Assembly: GCA_003858585.1 (NCBI GenBank)
Contig: RQZE01000001.1
Span: 1-32,000 of the forward strand
Direction of reading: 5' to 3'
DNA: 32,000 nt
Origin: Erysipelotrichaceae bacterium OH741_COT-311
GTDB lineage: Bacteria > Bacillota_I > Bacilli_A > Erysipelotrichales > Erysipelotrichaceae
Shown: piece by piece, positions 26,929-32,000 of the stretch
Position numbering within the stretch: the stretch's first letter is position 1
Layout of the letters: every line of letters begins with the position of its first letter
Translations under genes and position numbers: made by a program
The notes under the pieces: model-generated
The model's database searches: none
The model's input: only the letters and a program-made list of their open reading frames with translations
Told to the model about the DNA's origin: nothing

Positions 26929-28179
26929 ATGAATGAAAATTATGTAAAGATGTATCAATTAGTAGAATTCTTTATTACAAAATTTGGTTATATTTTTGTA
27001 GATACATCTATGAAAAATGATGAAGAAGTCTACTTGGTAAATAGTAAAAATAATTGTTATCAATTGATACGTATTACCACGAAAAATATTGATTCTGTTG
27101 TCTATGATAAACTGAAAATCAATCATATTAAAGATATTATTTCTAAAACATTACGCATGGATATTAACTTTGTAGATATTCACATATCACAAGATGAAAT
27201 TTTAGAAAATGAATTATATGATAGTGTTGCTATTGATGTAGGTTATTATAGTGGTATTGATTTGACGGTAGGGTATCCCGGTATTAAAAAAGTACTGCAT
27301 GAAGTTATGGATGTAAACGAAGAGTATAAGCGTATTAGTGATTCCTTACAGGATTATTTTATAACTTCTAAAGAAATCGCAAAACGTAAAAAAGCATTGC
27401 ATCAAAAACCGGTGGTTACAATAACGATGATTTCAATATCATTAATCCTTTATTTCTTAATGTATTATTTTCAATATCAAACAAATTACAATTATAGCGA
27501 AGTAAGTATTATTGTTGCTTTTGGTGGATATTATCAAGCATTTGTACGTGGTTTACATCAATACTATCGACTCTTAACTTCAGGATTTTTACATATTGAT
27601 TTCTTTCATTTATTTATGAATATGTATGCTTTGTATATTGTTGGTCCTAGTATTGAGCGTAAGTATGGTAGTAAAAATATGCTTTTGACAATGATAGCTT
27701 CTATTATTATGGGAAATGTCTTTGTTTATTTACTACAAGGAAATACGATTGCTTTAGGTATAAGTGGTGGTATTTATGGTTTATTAGGATTAATTGTTAT
27801 AAATGCTTTCAGTTCTGGACTAGTAAATCAACCGGAATATCGACGTCAACTGTTTTATATGTTGGGTATTAATATGTTTATTAGTTTATTACCGGATGTT
27901 TCCTTGCTGGGACATTTAGGTGGCTTTGTTTCTGGTATAATTATCGGGTTATATCTTGATAGCAACCCACTTTGGAAACGTATTAAAAAGAATGCTTTGC
28001 TTGCTTTTATTACCTTATCTTTAGGCTCAATACTACTCATTTATAATTCAAAAGATCGTCCTGTAGATCATGTCTATTACAAGACAGATTTAGAAGTATT
28101 TGAAATTTATGAGGTCTTAGGTCTTTCAGACTATGCTGATGCTAAAAATATACAAATCATTGATTTTTATTCAAAATAG
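26929..28179 (+). CDS. Rhomboid-family intramembrane serine protease with a ~160-aa N-terminal cytoplasmic domain (GluP/YqgP-like architecture)
   Basis: 416 aa with the TM2 motif LHIDFFHLFMN, catalytic Ser in GISGGIYG and catalytic His in GHLGGF. The ATG immediately follows the rluD stop. Confidence 0.85.
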   Translation: MNENYVKMYQLVEFFITKFGYIFVDTSMKNDEEVYLVNSKNNCYQLIRITTKNIDSVVYDKLKINHIKDIISKTLRMDINFVDIHISQDEILENELYDSVAIDVGYYSGIDLTVGYPGIKKVLHEVMDVNEEYKRISDSLQDYFITSKEIAKRKKALHQKPVVTITMISISLILYFLMYYFQYQTNYNYSEVSIIVAFGGYYQAFVRGLHQYYRLLTSGFLHIDFFHLFMNMYALYIVGPSIERKYGSKNMLLTMIASIIMGNVFVYLLQGNTIALGISGGIYGLLGLIVINAFSSGLVNQPEYRRQLFYMLGINMFISLLPDVSLLGHLGGFVSGIIIGLYLDSNPLWKRIKKNALLAFITLSLGSILLIYNSKDRPVDHVYYKTDLEVFEIYEVLGLSDYADAKNIQIIDFYSK

Positions 28180-28187
28180 GAGGCTAT

Positions 28188-28664
28188 ATGAAACGTAGTA
28201 ATGTATTAAGTTGGGATCAGTATTTTATGGGTTTAGCTCAATTGTCGTCTTTACGTTCAAAAGATCCTTCGACTCAAGTTGGAGCATGTATCGTTGATAG
28301 TTGTAATAAAGTGGTATCCATCGGATACAATGGTTTTCCAATCGGCTGTAGTGATGATGTCTTTCCTTGGGATAAACAAGGCAATATGATTGATACAAAA
28401 TATGCCTATGTTGTACATGCAGAGTTAAATGCCATTTTAAATAGTAATGCCGATTTACGTAATACAACAATTTATGTAACGTTGTTTCCATGTAATGAAT
28501 GTGCGAAAGCGATTATTCAAAGTGGAATTAAAAAAGTTGTATATCAATCAGATAAATATGCAGATTCAGATATTGTAATTGCAAGTAAGAAAATGTTACA
28601 AGCAGCAAATATACAACTTGTTCAATTTGATGAAAACTTTGAAATTAAATTAATAAAGAAATAA
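28188..28664 (+). CDS. comEB: dCMP deaminase (ComEB family)
   Basis: 158 aa with zinc-binding deaminase motifs HAELNAI and PCNECAKAI. Confidence 0.87.
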   Translation: MKRSNVLSWDQYFMGLAQLSSLRSKDPSTQVGACIVDSCNKVVSIGYNGFPIGCSDDVFPWDKQGNMIDTKYAYVVHAELNAILNSNADLRNTTIYVTLFPCNECAKAIIQSGIKKVVYQSDKYADSDIVIASKKMLQAANIQLVQFDENFEIKLIKK

Positions 28665-28684
28665 AAGCCTTATGGCTTTTTTTT
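28664..28684 (+). terminator. Intrinsic terminator
   Basis: aaagcc(28664-28669) ttat ggcttt(28674-28679) followed by a T run. Confidence 0.7.
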
Positions 28685-28757
28685 AATGGGAAAGGGAATT
28701 GCTTTATTTAAAAATTCATAGAAATATGGTAAAATATTTAGCATTGGAGGATGGTTT

Positions 28758-29135
28758 ATGAAACGACATGATATCCGTGTTTTAGCAATGATTTGTCTAT
28801 ATCAACATCTACTATTAGATAAAGACATTGCTGAAAGTGTAATAGATAATTTTGACAAAACATTAAAGGAACTAGATGATTTTGAACGTATATTAATTCT
28901 TCATAGTATTGAACATAAAGAACGTTTTATTGAATATATTAATGAAGTGCTAGAAGATTGGAGTTTTCATCGTTTAGGTTATATTGAGCAGGCAATTTTG
29001 CTAATGGCATGTTCAGAATTTGATAATAAAGTAGCTACACCAAGCATCATTATTGATGAAGCGGTAGAACTTGCAAAAACATATTGTGATGATGAAGCTT
29101 ACAAACTTATTAATGGTGTGCTTGATCGTATATGA
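28758..29135 (+). CDS. nusB: Transcription antitermination factor NusB
   Basis: 125 aa, all-helical. N-terminus KRHDIRVLAMICLYQ and C-terminus IIDEAVELAKTYCDDEAYKLINGVLD fit NusB. It sits in the conserved position before xseA. RBS is ggagga. Confidence 0.82.
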   Translation: MKRHDIRVLAMICLYQHLLLDKDIAESVIDNFDKTLKELDDFERILILHSIEHKERFIEYINEVLEDWSFHRLGYIEQAILLMACSEFDNKVATPSIIIDEAVELAKTYCDDEAYKLINGVLDRI

Positions 29136-30466
29136 GTGTTATTAAAGTTAAAGATTTATTAGTTTATATAAAAAAACAATTAGAATTTGACCCTAAACTA
29201 CAACAAGTCTATGTCGGTGGAGAAATCAGTGAGTACAAACAATATCCAAGTGGACATATTTATTTTACACTAAAGGATCAAGAAGCCAATGCAAGATGTG
29301 TGATGTGGAAAAATTATACCAATAATTTAAACTTTACACCTAAAGTTGGAGATCGCATTATTATTCTTGCACAACCGACTATTTTTGAAAAAACAGGTTC
29401 TTTGCAGCTGATAGTGTATCGTATTCAAATGGATGGTATTGGCGATTTGTATGTTCAATTTCAAAAATTGAAAGAACAACTTTATCAACAAGGATATTTT
29501 GATCAACAACATAAAAAAATGATACCGAAGTATCCTTTACGTATATGCTTAGTGACAGGGGATAATAGTGCTGCTTATCATGATTTGGTAAAAACCATTC
29601 AAAAGCGTTGGCCGGTATGTAAAGTCTATCATTATACAACTCTTGTTCAAGGACAAAAAGCGGATAGAGAGATTATAAATGCTTTAGCTTACTGTGATTT
29701 ACAAAAGTTTGATACAATTATTTTAGCTCGTGGCGGTGGGTCTATTGAAGATTTATGGTGTTTTAATTCCGTTGAGCTTGTAAAGTGTATTTTTGAATTA
29801 AAAACACCTATTGTCACTGGTGTTGGTCATGAATCGGATACAACTCTTGTGGATTATGTTGCTGATTATGCAGCATCTACACCTACGTATGCCGCTATGT
29901 ATGCAACACCAGAAATACATGATGTAAAAAAAGAGTTAGTAGTAAGACATTCTTTTTTAAAACATAGTATAGAACAAAAATTGGCTAAAATGCGCAAAAC
30001 CATAAATACATATCGTCAACTTCCATTATTTACACGTAGTAACTATTTTATACAAGAAAAGAGTTTTCGATTGGATTATTTATATCAAAAATTGATTTAC
30101 TATACTTCAACCATCGAACTATTACGTCAATCCATTACATTTAAACAACAAATGCTTATCAATTTATATCAACAAACGATGGATTTTTATCGTAAGAAAC
30201 TGAATATAGATAAACAAGATTTAGAAAATCAGATATTAAATATATTTACCGCTTACAAAACAACTCTTGCTCAACAGATTGAATTAATGGATGCTTATTC
30301 TCCACTTAAAGTGATAAAACGTGGATATAGCTTAACATATAGTCACCAACAACTTATTAAGTCTGTAAAAGATGTCTCTAAAGATATGGTTATAGAAACA
30401 AAACTTAAAGATGGTAGTATTGTAAGCCTTGTAAAGGAGATAACGAATGACAAAATTAAATTTTGA
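29132..30466 (+). CDS. xseA: Exodeoxyribonuclease VII large subunit
   Basis: 444 aa with an N-terminal OB fold (GEISEYKQYPSGHIYFTLKD), ARGGGSIEDLWCFN and GVGHESDTTL. Overlaps the nusB stop (ATGA). Confidence 0.92.
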   Translation: MSVIKVKDLLVYIKKQLEFDPKLQQVYVGGEISEYKQYPSGHIYFTLKDQEANARCVMWKNYTNNLNFTPKVGDRIIILAQPTIFEKTGSLQLIVYRIQMDGIGDLYVQFQKLKEQLYQQGYFDQQHKKMIPKYPLRICLVTGDNSAAYHDLVKTIQKRWPVCKVYHYTTLVQGQKADREIINALAYCDLQKFDTIILARGGGSIEDLWCFNSVELVKCIFELKTPIVTGVGHESDTTLVDYVADYAASTPTYAAMYATPEIHDVKKELVVRHSFLKHSIEQKLAKMRKTINTYRQLPLFTRSNYFIQEKSFRLDYLYQKLIYYTSTIELLRQSITFKQQMLINLYQQTMDFYRKKLNIDKQDLENQILNIFTAYKTTLAQQIELMDAYSPLKVIKRGYSLTYSHQQLIKSVKDVSKDMVIETKLKDGSIVSLVKEITNDKIKF

Positions 30467-30650
30467 AGCTTCTATGAATCGTTTAGAAGAAATTGTATCA
30501 TTACTTCAAAATAATGAAGTAGGGTTAGAAAACTCTTTGAAGTTATTTGAAGAAGGTTTGAGTTTAATTAAAACTCTAGATCGTGATTTGAAGAAATATG
30601 AAGATAAAGTATCAAAACTTATTAATGATAAGGAACTGGAACATGAATAG
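30447..30650 (+). CDS. xseB: Exodeoxyribonuclease VII small subunit
   Basis: 67 aa; FEASMNRLEEIVSLLQNNEVGLENSLKLFEEG is the typical XseB helical hairpin. Overlaps the xseA end by 20 nt. Confidence 0.88.
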   Translation: MTKLNFEASMNRLEEIVSLLQNNEVGLENSLKLFEEGLSLIKTLDRDLKKYEDKVSKLINDKELEHE

Positions 30651-31482
30651 TAACTTTGAACACATCTTGGAAAAAGCACTTGAAGAGATTAAAGATAGTC
30701 GGGTAAAAGATGCAATGAGCTATTCTTTGTTTGCTAAAGGGAAGCGTTTGCGTCCGCAAATGGTATATGCTTTAGTAAATGATTATCAATGTGATATTCA
30801 TTTGGCAAACCATTTTGCTGCTAGTCTTGAAATGATTCATACGTATTCTTTGATTCACGATGATTTACCTGCAATGGATGACGATGATTTTCGTCGAGGC
30901 ATGAAAACATGTCATAATGAATTCAATGAAGCGATTGCGATATTAGCTGGAGATGGTCTTTTAACTTATGCCTTTCAACATATAACAAATGACGTGCTAT
31001 CTGATCAGCAAAAAGTAGCCCTGATACAACTTCTAGCTGATTGTAGTGGTGCAAATGGCATGATCTATGGGCAGATCAAAGACTTTGAAGCAGAATCTAC
31101 AAAGATTTGTGAAGATGACTTATTAGATATTCATTTGCATAAAACAGGTAAGCTTTTCGCTGCTGCTTTGATGGGAGCATGTATTATCAGTAAACATGAA
31201 GAAGATTTACAAAAATGGCAAGAAATAGGTTATAAACTTGGCATTGCATTTCAGATTAAAGATGATATTTTAGATGCAACTTCCAACTTTGAAACACTAG
31301 GTAAATCTTTAAGTGATGCGGATAATGGAAAAACAACGATATTATCTTTTTATGACCTTGTTCAAGCTGAACAGCTATATGAACGTTATTTTGATAATAT
31401 TTATCATTTACTTTCAACATTAAATAAAGAATTTACTACTATTAAAAATATGATTACATTATTGAAATTACGAAATAAATAA
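30643..31482 (+). CDS. ispA: (2E,6E)-farnesyl diphosphate synthase / polyprenyl synthetase
   Basis: First Asp-rich motif HDDLPAMDDDDFRRG and second motif KDDILD. The start is set at ATG 30643, overlapping the xseB stop (ATGAATAG); the track start 30598 lies deep inside xseB. Confidence 0.88.
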   Translation: MNSNFEHILEKALEEIKDSRVKDAMSYSLFAKGKRLRPQMVYALVNDYQCDIHLANHFAASLEMIHTYSLIHDDLPAMDDDDFRRGMKTCHNEFNEAIAILAGDGLLTYAFQHITNDVLSDQQKVALIQLLADCSGANGMIYGQIKDFEAESTKICEDDLLDIHLHKTGKLFAAALMGACIISKHEEDLQKWQEIGYKLGIAFQIKDDILDATSNFETLGKSLSDADNGKTTILSFYDLVQAEQLYERYFDNIYHLLSTLNKEFTTIKNMITLLKLRNK

Positions 31483-31496
31483 GTGGAGGATAATCT

Positions 31497-32000
31497 ATGG
31501 ATATTTTACAGATTAAATCACCTGATTTTTTAAAGGAATTGTCGTATAAGGAGCTTGATGAATTAGCTTGTGATATACGAAATTTTTTGATTAACTCCAT
31601 TAGTAAAACAGGGGGGCATTTATCAAGTAATCTTGGTGTCGTAGAATTAACCATTGCATTACATTATGTTTTTCGTTCTCCTAAAGATAAATTTTTATTT
31701 GATGTAGGACATCAAAGCTATGTACATAAAATTCTAACAGGACGTGCTGGAAGTTTTGATAGTTTAAGACAGTATAATGGTCTATCAGGATTTCAAAAAC
31801 GTAAAGAAAGTATTCACGATGTTTGGGAAGCTGGACATGCGGCAACAGCCTTATCAGGAGCTTTAGGTATGGCAATTGCACGTGATTTAAATAAAGAAAA
31901 CTATCATGTTGTTCCTATTGTTGGAGATGGTGCAATGATTAGTGGAATGTCTTTAGAAGCACTAAATCACATCGGTCATTTAAACAAAAATATGATTATT
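31497..32000 (+). CDS. dxs: 1-deoxy-D-xylulose-5-phosphate synthase, 5' partial (runs off the window)
   Basis: Open frame from ATG 31497 (RBS ggagga) to the window end. Contains [39 protein letters not shown] and the TPP motif GDGAMISGM. Confidence 0.9.
   Translation, partial: MDILQIKSPDFLKELSYKELDELACDIRNFLINSISKTGGHLSSNLGVVELTIALHYVFRSPKDKFLFDVGHQSYVHKILTGRAGSFDSLRQYNGLSGFQKRKESIHDVWEAGHAATALSGALGMAIARDLNKENYHVVPIVGDGAMISGMSLEALNHIGHLNKNMII

Noticed and set aside
1401-31881. Sixteen short antisense or alternate-frame ORFs from the track: 1401..1604, 2953..3183, 3718..3966, 7100..7282, 13216..13440, 13792..14001, 15163..15354, 18989..19201, 19643..19873, 20432..20629, 21155..21397, 27855..28040, 28225..28491, 29327..29512, 29379..29639, 31454..31654 and 31681..31881.
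   Set aside because: Each lies wholly inside a strongly supported conserved gene (or spans ispA/dxs). None has a recognisable RBS or motif, and their low-complexity composition is typical of shadow ORFs in AT-rich DNA.
1-32000. Search by eye for CRISPR repeats, IS/transposase or integrase genes, phage or toxin-antitoxin modules, tRNA/rRNA genes and long direct or inverted repeats.
   Set aside because: None seen. Intergenic space is minimal, every long ORF has a housekeeping or metabolic assignment, and there is no repeat-spacer periodicity. Short dispersed repeats could have been missed without a computational scan.

Overview
The window is a visibly AT-rich, densely packed stretch of core chromosome from a low-GC Firmicute using the standard genetic code (TGG encodes Trp; TGA, TAA and TAG all serve as stops). 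The gene order hints at an Erysipelotrichia or Mollicutes-related lineage, but this is tentative. Nearly all genes are housekeeping. On the + strand: two small uncharacterised genes, tig, lonA, engB, a Val T-box leader, valS, an SplB/COG1533-like gene lacking its Fe-S cysteines, a membrane-anchored alpha/beta hydrolase, Fe-ADH, ALDH, a RAT/terminator leader, ptsG (EIICBA) and glcT. On the - strand, converging on that block: gltX and a DEAD-box helicase. Back on the + strand: ktrB, ktrA, two half-ABC exporter genes, a small acidic ORF, lspA, rluD, a rhomboid protease, a dCMP deaminase, nusB, xseA, xseB, ispA and the 5' part of dxs. I found no CRISPR array, transposase, integrase, phage genes, tRNA or rRNA, and no clear defence or accessory island. 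I do not see a convincing novel multi-gene system. The observations most worth a second look are: (1) a radical-SAM-fold homolog with no CxxxCxxC motif, translationally coupled to a membrane-anchored hydrolase; (2) a zinc_ribbon_15-like protein that has lost its Cys ligands, next to a helical protein directly upstream of tig-lon; (3) an inverted ptsG-glcT arrangement that puts the antiterminator gene behind its own RAT/terminator, with a 13-nt exact repeat shared by the leader and the 3' terminator; (4) an asymmetric ABC heterodimer with a coupled unknown ORF; (5) a GC-rich structured RNA fragment cut by the left window edge. Several ORF-track starts (TTG/GTG or upstream ATG) were moved to downstream ATGs that have proper Shine-Dalgarno spacing.
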